Assembly: GCA_963714095.1 (NCBI GenBank)
Contig: OY970230.1
Location: forward strand, 1,023,907-1,087,906
Source of the DNA: Candidatus Gottesmanbacteria bacterium
GTDB taxonomy: Bacteria > Patescibacteriota > Microgenomatia > UBA10105 > UBA927
Direction: 5' to 3'
Length of the DNA stretch: 64,000 nucleotides
Position numbers and translations under genes: made by a program. Each line of letters starts with the position of its first letter. Position 1 is the stretch's first letter. The notes under the pieces were generated by a model. That model did no database searches, was not told the DNA's origin, and saw nothing but the letters and a program-made list of their open reading frames with translations. Shown here one piece after another: positions 48,621 through 57,480 of this stretch.

Positions 48621-49225
48621 AAAGAACACACAAAATGATACTGATGCTCTTCATAATATTCCCGTTCATGTCGGCAGGGTACGTCTATGCATCCGACTAC
48701 GACCGATTGGTTACCTGTTCTACAAAAACCTGTACGATTTCTTCAAACGATCCTTTATTTACGGAATTCAATTGGTCGCAGGGAGCAAGCGTTACAAAAA
48801 CAATCCGCGTAAAAAATATGCAAGCGACATCACTCCTTATTTATATCAGCGCCGACAAAAATAATTCCTCTTCAAATTTAGGAGATGTCATCGGAATGAA
48901 AATCATTGAGCAAAAAAATAGCATTGTGCGGCTGGATACAACGCTAACGCATTTTTTCAACACAGGATCAGTTGAACTAGGGGGTATAAATGGAAACGGG
49001 CAGGATGATTATAAATTTATCGCCGCGTTAGAAAATAATGCCGGTAATACATACCAAAATAAAAAAGTTGTATTTTCTCTTGCACTTAACTTTAGCGGTA
49101 TTCCCGTCAATACACCGATGCCTACGCCGACACCGACGCCCAAACCACCTCCACCCCTTCGACCGAACTTTAACTTTTGGTGGCTTCAGTATCTTCTGGA
49201 AAGACTTCGGGGACTCCGAAGATAA
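48617..49225 (+). CDS. Secreted TasA/camelysin-like (M73-like) protein candidate
   Basis: The signal peptide is MKRTHKMILMLFIIFPFMSAGYVYAS. The start overlaps the sipW-like stop (ATGA). The C-terminal KVVFSLALNFSG resembles the TasA-family terminal beta-strand. The C-terminus is PT-rich. The region is AT-rich. Confidence 0.35.
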   Translation: MKRTHKMILMLFIIFPFMSAGYVYASDYDRLVTCSTKTCTISSNDPLFTEFNWSQGASVTKTIRVKNMQATSLLIYISADKNNSSSNLGDVIGMKIIEQKNSIVRLDTTLTHFFNTGSVELGGINGNGQDDYKFIAALENNAGNTYQNKKVVFSLALNFSGIPVNTPMPTPTPTPKPPPPLRPNFNFWWLQYLLERLRGLRR

Positions 49226-49244
49226 TTTTAAAATTTGCTGTGGG

Positions 49245-49317
49245 TGCGCGCGCATGGATTCGGACCAAGGACCTTTGCAATGTGAATGCAACGCTCTACC
49301 AGCTGAGCTACGCGCGC
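49245..49317 (-). tRNA. tRNA-Val (anticodon CAC)
   Basis: The cloverleaf reads acceptor GCGCGCG/CGCGCGC, D arm GCTC-AGCTGGTA-GAGC, anticodon arm TTGCA-TTCACAT-TGCAA, and T arm CTTGG-TCCGAAT-CCATG with one mismatch. The spurious ORF 49177.. translates the typical LYQLSYA peptide. Confidence 0.75.
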
Positions 49318-49371
49318 CAAAAAGACGCACTACGATTATATCCTAAGAAACAGGGAAAACAAAACGAAAGA

Positions 49372-49980
49372 TTATCCCGCCGATGTTGCCAGCGAGCGCT
49401 CGTTGGAGAGACCGAAGGTCGTGCCGTGTTTTTTGAACATGCCCCAGTACCCCATTTTCTTTTTCCTCGACTGGTGCATGGTAAGCCAACTGCGGCTGTC
49501 GTCGATTTGTTCGCGAAGCATTTTAAGAACGGCGAGCAATTTCTCATAGAAATTGACATGATACACGCCGGGGTCAACGGGAGTTTCTATAACAGCCTTT
49601 TTTATTTCACTGTTTAACGCCTGCATGGATTTGGACAGGGCTTTCAGTTCCATGCGCAGCGCTTCGATTTGCTGCTTCGTCTGCGGGTCTTCATGAAAAA
49701 CAACTTTTTCCGCCGGTCTCACCTCGGGGCGATGCATCATCGGTCGCGGTTGGCGTTCCACCGGAAAACTGATGCTTTCGTTCGGACGCATTTCCCCTTG
49801 TTTTATCGGCGTGCCAAAAAGTGAGGCGAGGGCATCCGATGCAACCTTGCCCGCGACATCGTGCGCGACTGTTCTCCCCACGCCTCCGCTCAAGTCCCGG
49901 ATGGCCTCCAGAATGCTGTCATTCGTGTAGGCTGCGGGCCTCTTTTGGGGTTTGGACTGTGTGAACGCTGAATTGTTCAT
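49372..49980 (-). CDS. Hypothetical coiled-coil protein
   Basis: The ORF is 202 aa with a heptad-rich central region. No motif was recognised. Confidence 0.45.
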   Translation of the reverse strand: MNNSAFTQSKPQKRPAAYTNDSILEAIRDLSGGVGRTVAHDVAGKVASDALASLFGTPIKQGEMRPNESISFPVERQPRPMMHRPEVRPAEKVVFHEDPQTKQQIEALRMELKALSKSMQALNSEIKKAVIETPVDPGVYHVNFYEKLLAVLKMLREQIDDSRSWLTMHQSRKKKMGYWGMFKKHGTTFGLSNERSLATSAG

Positions 49981-50030
49981 GGATGGATTATACTACAGGA
50001 TAGCAAGTAGTACAATATATGTCCGTAGTA

Positions 50031-50891
50031 TTATATTGAAGCTAAAAAGTCAAGGGTCTTTTGGCGCCGGAGTACCGATGCCAAATAGTAACGTTGGGCT
50101 TCAAGTGTCTTTTTTTCCTCGTCCGTTTTGCCGGTTTTAATGACGGCATCGATGTCGTCATCAGAGACAAGAATTCCCTCTTTATCCGCAATTTCTTCAA
50201 GAGCGAATTCGAGAGTCAGCGTGCGCTTTGCCTGCTCCTCGTATTCTTTGCGGATGCTTTCCCTGCTGCGGCCCGTGGAAGCAAGATATTGTTCAACCGT
50301 GAGTCCGAGTTTTTTGGTCTGGTCGATAAGCTCGGAAAGCAGGCGGTTGACCTCGTGTTCGGTAAGAATCGGCGGCAGTGTCGTTTTGATGCAGCCATAA
50401 AGTGTCAGCAACAGTTCATCGAGCGTCGGTTTAGTATCTTTATCCTTATCTTCTGCAGGATCCCCCGGCTTCCAGATTTTTTTGCCTTTGGAAGCTTTGA
50501 GATCCGTAATTGCCTTTTTATACTCCCCTACCGTGATAGCCGGTTTTTCGCAGGTATGGGCGATAAATACCCAATCTTTATTTTCGGTTGCGTCCTTGAG
50601 TTCTATTTTTGGGCTGACGATGGGTTTGACTTTCTGCTCGGTAACCGCTGCGTTGTAGGAGTCGGGAATCAATGTTTTAAGTGCTTCCTCATAGACTTTG
50701 GTTTTATCCAGATTTTTTTCAACGAGATCGCGAGGCGCGTGACCGATACGGAAGCCGGGAAGTTCCGCGTGAGCGACCATTGCCGCGACGGTTTTTTCGT
50801 AGGTGGCTGCCACATCCGCCCACGGGATGGTGATAGTGATGGCTATAGATCCGTCCGGTGTCCTGGTAATCGTTGAAGTCATGTCATGCAT
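50031..50891 (-). CDS. tig: Trigger factor (short form)
   Basis: The N-terminal ribosome-binding signature GFRIGHAP matches the GFRxGxxP motif. The C-terminal helical arms are present and the PPIase domain is reduced or absent. Confidence 0.65.
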   Translation of the reverse strand: MHDMTSTITRTPDGSIAITITIPWADVAATYEKTVAAMVAHAELPGFRIGHAPRDLVEKNLDKTKVYEEALKTLIPDSYNAAVTEQKVKPIVSPKIELKDATENKDWVFIAHTCEKPAITVGEYKKAITDLKASKGKKIWKPGDPAEDKDKDTKPTLDELLLTLYGCIKTTLPPILTEHEVNRLLSELIDQTKKLGLTVEQYLASTGRSRESIRKEYEEQAKRTLTLEFALEEIADKEGILVSDDDIDAVIKTGKTDEEKKTLEAQRYYLASVLRRQKTLDFLASI

Positions 50892-50913
50892 TGTATCATG
50901 AAATTATCGGGGT

Positions 50914-51342
50914 TCAAAATCCCAGCGGCAGGGTAAGTACCGGCGGCGTCAGTGTCTGATCCTGGGTGGAGTTGGCCGTAACGGCTGCAGAAAGGGAGGC
51001 GACTGAGGATGAAAACTGCAGAAATGCGCTTTGGGTCGCAAGCGGCGAAAGCAGCTGTATGGGTGTGGGCGTCGGCTGAACCGGAGTGGGTGTCGGAACG
51101 GGCAGGGCGGGCGCGACGCGCGGTTTCATCATCAATAGACCGATGAGGCCAAGAAGGACAAGGACGCCTGCAATAAGCCCCCAGAGAAGTGTGGGCGGCA
51201 TCACGGATTTTTGCGCGGGCGCGGGCGGAGGAGCTGCTGCGGGTCCCGTCGTTGGCGGCGGCGGTGATCCCGTCATCAGGGGTGGCGTCGGTGCTGGTCC
51301 CGTCATCGGAGGCGGATTGATTGGTACGTTTTGTTCGTCCAT
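50914..51342 (-). CDS. Pro-rich bitopic membrane protein (hypothetical)
   Basis: An N-terminal Pro-rich cytoplasmic tail is followed by a single TM and a PT-rich exterior segment. Confidence 0.4.
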   Translation of the reverse strand: MDEQNVPINPPPMTGPAPTPPLMTGSPPPPTTGPAAAPPPAPAQKSVMPPTLLWGLIAGVLVLLGLIGLLMMKPRVAPALPVPTPTPVQPTPTPIQLLSPLATQSAFLQFSSSVASLSAAVTANSTQDQTLTPPVLTLPLGF

Positions 51343-51346
51343 AGGT

Positions 51347-52198
51347 TTATTTGTACTGGAGTGCCGTGACTAATTCTCCGAGAAACCCGATGAGCTGGGT
51401 AAGGAGTTGTTGGGCATCCGTACATTGTTTATTGATATCGGCTGTTTTTTGGTCGAGTTCATAGATGGAGGTGACCGGGGCAAGCCCGGTTGCGGAAGCC
51501 GTAGCAGCCGCGTCTATTTTCTGCTGGTAAAGACTTCGTGTATTCTGGATTTGTATGAGCCATTGATTGATCGTGGCGGTTTTTTCCGGTGGCAAAAGTG
51601 CGGCGTTGCTACTGATAATCCCCTGTGCCGTTTGGAGGTTCTGATCGAATGTGTGGGCGAGGGCCTCCAGCTTTCCGATAGTGACACCGATAATCGTCTG
51701 AGAAATAGTTATCTGAAGAGCGACATAATGATTTTCCAAAATGCTGGAGCTGCGTGTTGCATCATCCAGAGACGTAATCCCCGCGATGTTCTGGTTTTGT
51801 GTGTCCAGAAACGCGATTTCCTTTTGCAAATTTGCCTGGTATTGCCCTTTTGTGCCCGTATCGAGCCCCTGGTCCTCATTCAGTTTTTCATTGAGAAACG
51901 AAAGATAACTCCGCAGGAGCAAATCCCGCTGTGTCATCATCGTCTGGGTTGCAGTCATGGCTGCGGTTTGGCTTGTGAGATTTTGGTATTTGAGATAGGA
52001 GTCGCGCGCCAGCTGGAAGCTTGAATACGATTGGCGGTACGTGTCGAACTGATTGAGGTAGTCGCTATACGCCTGCTGGCTCGTGGCGAGTACCCGACCT
52101 ACTAAAAACGCCGGAAGAACGAGCAGGAAAAGAATAATAACCCCGGGCAGACATTTCTTCACACATCCATCGTAGCAGAAGGGCGTGAAAGCGGTCAA
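51347..52198 (-). CDS. Membrane-anchored hypothetical protein (Gln/Thr-rich, coiled-coil)
   Basis: An N-terminal signal anchor is followed by about 250 aa of low-complexity helical sequence. Confidence 0.45.
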   Translation of the reverse strand: MTAFTPFCYDGCVKKCLPGVIILFLLVLPAFLVGRVLATSQQAYSDYLNQFDTYRQSYSSFQLARDSYLKYQNLTSQTAAMTATQTMMTQRDLLLRSYLSFLNEKLNEDQGLDTGTKGQYQANLQKEIAFLDTQNQNIAGITSLDDATRSSSILENHYVALQITISQTIIGVTIGKLEALAHTFDQNLQTAQGIISSNAALLPPEKTATINQWLIQIQNTRSLYQQKIDAAATASATGLAPVTSIYELDQKTADINKQCTDAQQLLTQLIGFLGELVTALQYK

Positions 52199-52209
52199 GG
52201 GAAGCCGAA

Positions 52210-52734
52210 TTATTTTGGTTTCCAGATTGCCGAAAAGTGGTCACGATCTGTCATTAAACAATCAAATTTTCCGCGAAACCAGGGTTCTCCCTCTATATCA
52301 TAATTATCACCGACAGTAAAAAGATATTTCCCGACGTGTGAAGATAACAATGAAATGTTTAATTCATTAAACCCATGGAGTCTGCCCGCGTAACTCATAA
52401 GAACGATATCGGCGCAGGGAATACTTTTTTTTGATAATGTTTCCGGTAACCATCCTTTGTGAAATGTTACCCGGGGATGATTGACAGCATCGGGAACCAA
52501 TACTTTATGGATGTCAATTGCATGAATTTGAGCATTCGGAAAACAGAGTATTGAACCAAGAGTTAATGTTCCGTTTCCGCAATAGAGGTCCAGGACTGTT
52601 TTAACCGTATCAAACTGGAGCCCAACTTGTTCGAAAGAACGGTGAAGGAAGAATTCATACGCATCAGCTTGCTTTAGACCAACATCACCAAAAGAGTGTT
52701 GAGGTCGCGGAGATTCCCGTTCTTCATTACCCAT
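52210..52734 (-). CDS. Class I SAM-dependent methyltransferase
   Basis: Motif I reads VLDLYCGNGTLTLGS and the acidic motif is HAIDIH. The start was trimmed so that the ORF no longer runs across tRNA-Leu. Confidence 0.6.
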   Translation of the reverse strand: MGNEERESPRPQHSFGDVGLKQADAYEFFLHRSFEQVGLQFDTVKTVLDLYCGNGTLTLGSILCFPNAQIHAIDIHKVLVPDAVNHPRVTFHKGWLPETLSKKSIPCADIVLMSYAGRLHGFNELNISLLSSHVGKYLFTVGDNYDIEGEPWFRGKFDCLMTDRDHFSAIWKPK

Positions 52735-52738
52735 AGTG

Positions 52739-52820
52739 TGCTCCCGGGAGGACTTGAACCTCCAAGCCTTTCGGCACAGGTTCCTAAAACCTGCGCGTAT
52801 ACCAGTTCCGCCACGGGAGC
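52739..52820 (-). tRNA. tRNA-Leu (anticodon TAG), type II
   Basis: The cloverleaf reads GCTCCCG-TG-GCGG...CGCG-CAGGT-TTTAGGA-ACCTG, then a long variable arm TGCCGAAAGGCTT, then GGAGG-TTCAAGT-CCTCC-CGGGAGC-A. Confidence 0.8.
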
Positions 52821-52843
52821 GATATGCATGTATTATATCGCTC

Positions 52844-53410
52844 TTAGATGGATACCGGTAGCTGGGCGACGTGGGTAGGCTGGAATGCTTCCATCTGGTC
52901 GATAAAGTACCGCACGTGCGTGGCCCACGAATTCCCGTTGGCGGCATATATCCAGCCGATGTCGTAGATGTCTTTTGATCCGCGATTGATATAATTTTGG
53001 CGTAAGCCCTCGGATACCTGGGTTATTCCGTCTGCCCAGCTGGTAAAGTGGACGCCGTCAGTCGCGCCGGTCGGTATGCCCCACCCCCAGCAGTTATACG
53101 AGCCGGCAGGGATCTCCTTGCCGAACGTAGATTCCACGCCTGCAATGGCGGCAACAAGTTTCCAGTCCAGGTTGTTCTTATCAGCTTCAGCCACGAACGT
53201 TTCCGCCTCATCTGCCAGAGGGGAATTATACGATGCAAGGTAATCGTGCAGCCGCGCAACACGTGTATCGGGAGCGGTATCAGGCTGGTTGAGAGCAATT
53301 GTGGCGGCAGATCCCGCTTCCGATACGGCAAAAACGCTGGCCGTGGGGAAGCTGGCTAAGGCAAGAATGAGCATGATTGTGACAAACAGCTTGTTTTTCA
53401 TAACCATCAA
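52844..53410 (-). CDS. Secreted glucosaminidase-domain (GH73/LytD-like) cell-wall hydrolase, paralog A
   Basis: A signal peptide is followed by LVAAIAGVESTFGKE...YNCWGWG, which is typical of the mannosyl-glycoprotein endo-beta-N-acetylglucosaminidase domain. Confidence 0.65.
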   Translation of the reverse strand: MMVMKNKLFVTIMLILALASFPTASVFAVSEAGSAATIALNQPDTAPDTRVARLHDYLASYNSPLADEAETFVAEADKNNLDWKLVAAIAGVESTFGKEIPAGSYNCWGWGIPTGATDGVHFTSWADGITQVSEGLRQNYINRGSKDIYDIGWIYAANGNSWATHVRYFIDQMEAFQPTHVAQLPVSI

Positions 53411-53460
53411 AAAATCCTAAAGCAAACTGTTTAACGAGCTTACTTTAGGATCTAGGCGGC

Positions 53461-53489
53461 AGTATAGCCTAAATAGGGGTATTTGTCAA
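53461..53489 (-). promoter_or_regulatory. Sigma70-like promoter (-35 TTGACA, 17 nt, -10 TATACT) for hydrolase paralog A
   Basis: The minus strand reads TTGACAaataccccctatttaggcTATACT. A 7-bp inverted repeat with a T-run (53417..53450) lies in the predicted 5' UTR. Confidence 0.45.
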
Positions 53490-53514
53490 GTCTATGGGCT
53501 ATTTCTGCCCTGGG

Positions 53515-54111
53515 TTAGAAGATGCTGTTTTCGAAGTGTTCTACGCAGTTGGCCCATGAGCCGCCGTTGGCAGCTGAAGGCGGTGCCCAAATTTCACCGA
53601 TATCGTGCAGTGAGGTAATGCCCTGGGCATAGTAGCGGTCATGGATGTAGCTACTTACCCACTCGATGGCTCCCTGCCAGCTGTCAAAATTTTTACCCTC
53701 CTGTGTTCCGGTGAATACAGCGATACCAAACGGGTTAAATCCTGCTTTGAGAGGCACTTTTTTTCCTAAATTCGATTCGCACATGGCAATTGCCGGAAGC
53801 AGCCGGAAATCGTATCCGTATTTGTCCGCCTCTTCCACAATGAGATTTGCATACGGCTCCATGGGGGAATCATTTTTTTTGAAAAATGATTCCAACAGGA
53901 GTGTCCGCGCATCCCCTGCTATCACGTTGGCGGACAGGACTTCCGACGTGCCGCTTGAGGCCGTCACGTTATTATCATCAGGCGCACTGTTGGACAGCGG
54001 GAGTGCCGGATGGCCCCAATTCGTTGACGAAACCAGGATGGCCAGGTTGATAATAAGGAGCATTAATGTCAGCGGGAACCACAGCAATACCAACAAGGTT
54101 TTCCTTCGCAT
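53515..54111 (-). CDS. Secreted glucosaminidase-domain cell-wall hydrolase, paralog B
   Basis: An N-terminal TM/signal is followed by LLPAIAMCESNLGKK...FNPFGIA. The architecture matches the previous gene. Confidence 0.6.
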   Translation of the reverse strand: MRRKTLLVLLWFPLTLMLLIINLAILVSSTNWGHPALPLSNSAPDDNNVTASSGTSEVLSANVIAGDARTLLLESFFKKNDSPMEPYANLIVEEADKYGYDFRLLPAIAMCESNLGKKVPLKAGFNPFGIAVFTGTQEGKNFDSWQGAIEWVSSYIHDRYYAQGITSLHDIGEIWAPPSAANGGSWANCVEHFENSIF

Positions 54112-54142
54112 ATTCCCATGGTGCCATAGATGCTACCGGCCG

Positions 54143-54394
54143 TCAAGCGTGGTGAATAATCAGCGCTTCCTTCTGCGCTTTTGACATTTTTTTGATCGCG
54201 TGCTCGCGTTTGAGAGCGCTGCTGCGGGTCTCGGTTGTTTCCGTATAAACGAGTTTTACCGGCCGACGCAATTTCGTATACGCCGCCCCCCGTATTATTT
54301 CTCCATTGTGTTCACGCAGCCGGCGGATAATATCGGTCGTGATGCCTGTATAGAGTGTCGAATCCGCGCACCGGACGATATAGATATGCCACAT
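54143..54394 (-). CDS. GIY-YIG nuclease family protein (UPF0213/YhbQ-like)
   Basis: The N-terminus reads WHIYIVRCADSTLYTGITTDIIRRLREHN, which gives the GIY...YTG...R..EH signature. Confidence 0.75.
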   Translation of the reverse strand: MWHIYIVRCADSTLYTGITTDIIRRLREHNGEIIRGAAYTKLRRPVKLVYTETTETRSSALKREHAIKKMSKAQKEALIIHHA

Positions 54395-54404
54395 ACTTTA
54401 TTAT

Positions 54405-55691
54405 TTAAGTAATTTTCCGCTGGTTGATAAAGAGATACGTGCCGAACAGAAGGACCACGACAGCACTTATCCGCATTGCCATCTGGCTGCCCAGGTGTTC
54501 TGCAGCAAATCCTATCTCCAGACTCCCCAGCGGGCTCAGTCCCATAAATACAAGGGTATAAAGGCTCATCACACGTCCCCGCATACTGTCATCAACCTGG
54601 TGCTGGATAACGGTGTTGATCATGGCAAATTGTGAGACGATCCCGGTTCCTACGGCAAACAGGAGAATAAGTGCAAGAGGGATATTTGAGACAAACGTAA
54701 AAAGAATAAGCGCAAGAGCGAAAACGAGCGTTCCGGTCAAAATGATGCGTATCGGGTTGATTTTATGCGAATAGGCAGAGATCAAAAATGTGCCGGTGAG
54801 TGCTCCGAGACCTGCCGCGGCGTACAGATACCCCAGTCCCGCGGCTGAGAGGTGAAACGTTTGGGTTGCAATCACCGGCATGAGGGTCGAGTAGGACCAG
54901 CCAAAAATCGATACGACGCCCGAGAGGATAATGAGCGTCCGGATAACCGTATGGTTGTATGCATAGTGTAGCCCTTCTTTGATTGCCGCAATCGGATTTG
55001 CGTGGCGGTGCACGATTGTAAGCGGTGTTGAAATAAAGTAGAGCGCGATGATGACGGCAATATAGCTGAGGCCGTTTAAAATAAATGCCATGCCGGTGCC
55101 CACCGCGGCAATAAGAAGCCCGGCAATACTGGGCCCGATAACACGTGCGGCATTAAACATTCCGGAATTTAAGGCAATCGCCGAGGCAAGTGAACTTTTA
55201 TTGTCGATAAGCTCCGTTACATATGCCTGACGCGCAGGAGAATCGATGGCGTTGACGATGCCCAGTCCGAATGCCAGGGCAATAATTTCCCAGACTGTTA
55301 CCACATGGGTGACGGCAAGGAGGCCCAGGGTAAATGCGAGGACCATGGAGGCTGACTGTGTACAGATAAGAATTATTTTTTTGGGATACCGGTCCACAAT
55401 GACGCCGCCGATAAGGGATAAAAAGAGAGACGGAATAGTAGCGGCAGCCGCGTCCAGCCCTACGAAAAATGCGGAATGCGTGAGCGTCCAGACCAACCAG
55501 CCTTCTGCAACGATCTGCAGCCATGTACCGACGAGCGAAATAAGCTGGCCCATGAAGTACAACCGGTAGTTTCTGCTTTTAAATGCTGGAAACGAGCTGA
55601 CGATTTTATCCGTCCATCCGACCCCCTCCCCGACCGTCAGTTCGGGACATTCTTCCTCGATAAATTGTGGCTCTGAAGTTTCAATATCCAT
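54405..55691 (-). CDS. MFS transporter
   Basis: Twelve predicted TM helices are present. The start was trimmed to MDIETSEP. Confidence 0.7.
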   Translation of the reverse strand: MDIETSEPQFIEEECPELTVGEGVGWTDKIVSSFPAFKSRNYRLYFMGQLISLVGTWLQIVAEGWLVWTLTHSAFFVGLDAAAATIPSLFLSLIGGVIVDRYPKKIILICTQSASMVLAFTLGLLAVTHVVTVWEIIALAFGLGIVNAIDSPARQAYVTELIDNKSSLASAIALNSGMFNAARVIGPSIAGLLIAAVGTGMAFILNGLSYIAVIIALYFISTPLTIVHRHANPIAAIKEGLHYAYNHTVIRTLIILSGVVSIFGWSYSTLMPVIATQTFHLSAAGLGYLYAAAGLGALTGTFLISAYSHKINPIRIILTGTLVFALALILFTFVSNIPLALILLFAVGTGIVSQFAMINTVIQHQVDDSMRGRVMSLYTLVFMGLSPLGSLEIGFAAEHLGSQMAMRISAVVVLLFGTYLFINQRKIT

Positions 55692-55703
55692 AGGATACAC
55701 GTG

Positions 55704-55776
55704 TGAGCGCGGCGGGAATCGGACCCACAACCGTCTCCTTAAGAGGGAGATGCTCTACCAGTTGAGCTACGCGCCC
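55704..55776 (-). tRNA. tRNA-Lys (anticodon CTT)
   Basis: The cloverleaf reads GGGCGCG-TA-GCTC-AACTGGTAGA-GCAT, anticodon arm TCTCC-CTCTTAA-GGAGA, and T arm GTGGG-TCCGATT-CCCGC. Confidence 0.75.
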
Positions 55777-55778
55777 GG

Positions 55779-55850
55779 CGCGCCTAGGAGGAATCGAACC
55801 CCCATTAGCAGTTCCGAAGACTGCTGCTTTATCCGTTAAGCTATAGGCGC
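55779..55850 (-). tRNA. tRNA-Arg (anticodon TCG)
   Basis: The cloverleaf reads GCGCCTA-TA-GCTT-AACGGATA-AAGC, anticodon arm GCAGT-CTTCGGA-ACTGC, T arm GGGGG-TTCGATT-CCTCC, and acceptor 3' strand TAGGCGC-G. It is separated from tRNA-Lys by 2 nt. Confidence 0.75.
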
Positions 55851-55899
55851 ACGCTTACGTATTATACCAAACACGGCCGGCAAATACGTAAATTCACTC

Positions 55900-56766
55900 T
55901 TGCATCAAACGCGCAAAAACGTTATAAGAATTACTATGAATCGACCTGATGTTAACAAACTGGGCCAAACACCGGACAATGCGAAAGATTTTTCTTCAGA
56001 AATGCACGTCTACACTCCGGATGATTTTTACCGTACAAAGGATGGTAAAAATCATTTGGACGTTGATATCGCAGGAGTATCCGTAACCCTGCCGGTTATC
56101 AATGTCGGGAAAGAAGGAGAGACCCCGGTATGGGTTGCTTATGCACACGTTAAGGAAAATCCTGAATTGGCCGCAGCAGCGCGAAAGGGTCTGTATGATA
56201 AACTTGTTACGTATTTGGAACCGATCTGCGAGTCATTGGCCCCAGGGGAATACGTCACGCTTATGAGTCCGCCGTCCCTCAAAACACAGGAATTATTTGA
56301 AGAGTTATCTCATGATTTAAAAGAGGTCTTTGGGGAAAAATTACGGTATGTGCAGCTTATCGGCGGGACGGATGAAAAAGAAGTAGCAGGAAGGGCGACC
56401 TCAGGAATCGTTCGTCCGTGTGATTCCGTTATTACGAAAGCTCAAGGGAAACATAAGTTTATCGGCGCGACGAAAGAACATGCGGAGACGCTCAAAAACA
56501 GCACGGTTGTGATCGGGGTTGATGATGTCGCAAACACAATGGAGACGACATGTGAGATGAGTGCTGTTGCAGATATGGCGGGTTTCGGAAATGCTGCATC
56601 TATCCAATATTTTGTTATTGGTACCGAGGCACAGTGGGATCCGCAGGGGCTGCATTATCCGAAAAAATTTCCGCCGGACATCAAAGCGTTTTTTCAAATT
56701 CCTGAAGTTATCGGTGATTTGCCTCCCATCAGAGAGTCTACCCCCGTTGATATAGGCAGGCTTTAA
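55900..56766 (+). CDS. Hypothetical protein (288 aa; alternative start at 55936)
   Basis: This is a long ORF with no recognised motif. Confidence 0.45.
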   Translation: MHQTRKNVIRITMNRPDVNKLGQTPDNAKDFSSEMHVYTPDDFYRTKDGKNHLDVDIAGVSVTLPVINVGKEGETPVWVAYAHVKENPELAAAARKGLYDKLVTYLEPICESLAPGEYVTLMSPPSLKTQELFEELSHDLKEVFGEKLRYVQLIGGTDEKEVAGRATSGIVRPCDSVITKAQGKHKFIGATKEHAETLKNSTVVIGVDDVANTMETTCEMSAVADMAGFGNAASIQYFVIGTEAQWDPQGLHYPKKFPPDIKAFFQIPEVIGDLPPIRESTPVDIGRL

Positions 56767-56773
56767 CGGAGCT

Positions 56774-57472
56774 TTGGCTTATTTATACGCCCTATTATGG
56801 TATAATTTCCGGGTGACCAGTATACAGGAAATAGGCATTTCACCGATATCACAGCGAACAGATTTTTTGCGAATACTCGATACCGTTTCGTTTTCGCAAC
56901 TTACCGGAGAGGATATCGAAGAAATTATTCCATGGAACCTTGATAAATATACGGTACGGGATTTCCGAACCTACCTGGGAAAAATAGTTTCGACATTCGG
57001 ACAGGGCTGGGGTGTTTTTTCAAATAATTTTACGGCTTTGGATATTTGCTGCGGCGGCTGTGGATATAAGAGTGAAGGATTTTATCCATGGTGGCCTGCA
57101 ATTCTTTCCCAACTCGGTGCTGATGTTACAGGAATCGATATCGGCGATCAGCCGAAGGAACTCACCGGTATGTATACCCACATACAGTATGATGTAACGG
57201 ACCTTTCGGTTGGGTTAACAGAGATACCGGAAATTGCTGAAAATAAATTTCATCTTATTACCTGCCTCAATACAATAAATCCGTATATATCGTCAGACGT
57301 CATGGTGGAAACCGCCTGGAATAAACGGAAAAATACATTTGACATGCAACATATATTGTTCCGCGATATAGATAAGCTTCTCGTAAACGGTGGTCTGGCA
57401 TTTGTCGACTCTCATGAAGCCTGGCAGCAAATGTTTAGGAAAACACGTGAAGGATTGATACAGTTGGATTAA
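56774..57472 (+). CDS. Methyltransferase-like protein, paralog A (motif I LDICCGGCG)
   Basis: ALDICCGGCGY...LGADVTGIDIGD...YTHIQYDVTDL are present. It shares collinear motifs with the gene at 62214. Confidence 0.45.
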   Translation: MAYLYALLWYNFRVTSIQEIGISPISQRTDFLRILDTVSFSQLTGEDIEEIIPWNLDKYTVRDFRTYLGKIVSTFGQGWGVFSNNFTALDICCGGCGYKSEGFYPWWPAILSQLGADVTGIDIGDQPKELTGMYTHIQYDVTDLSVGLTEIPEIAENKFHLITCLNTINPYISSDVMVETAWNKRKNTFDMQHILFRDIDKLLVNGGLAFVDSHEAWQQMFRKTREGLIQLD

Positions 57473-57480
57473 CTGACGAT

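Noticed and set aside
49177-49617. 146-aa ORF over tRNA-Val
   Set aside because: It translates the tRNA (…WIRTKDL…LYQLSYA…), a classic artefact. tRNA-Val(CAC) on the opposite strand explains the sequence.
50061-50876. 271-aa ORF antisense to trigger factor
   Set aside because: It is the mirror ORF of tig and has no motifs.
52735-52947. N-terminal 71 codons of the 245-aa methyltransferase ORF
   Set aside because: The extension runs straight across tRNA-Leu(TAG). The ORF was trimmed to the internal Met at 52734, which restores a normal motif I distance.
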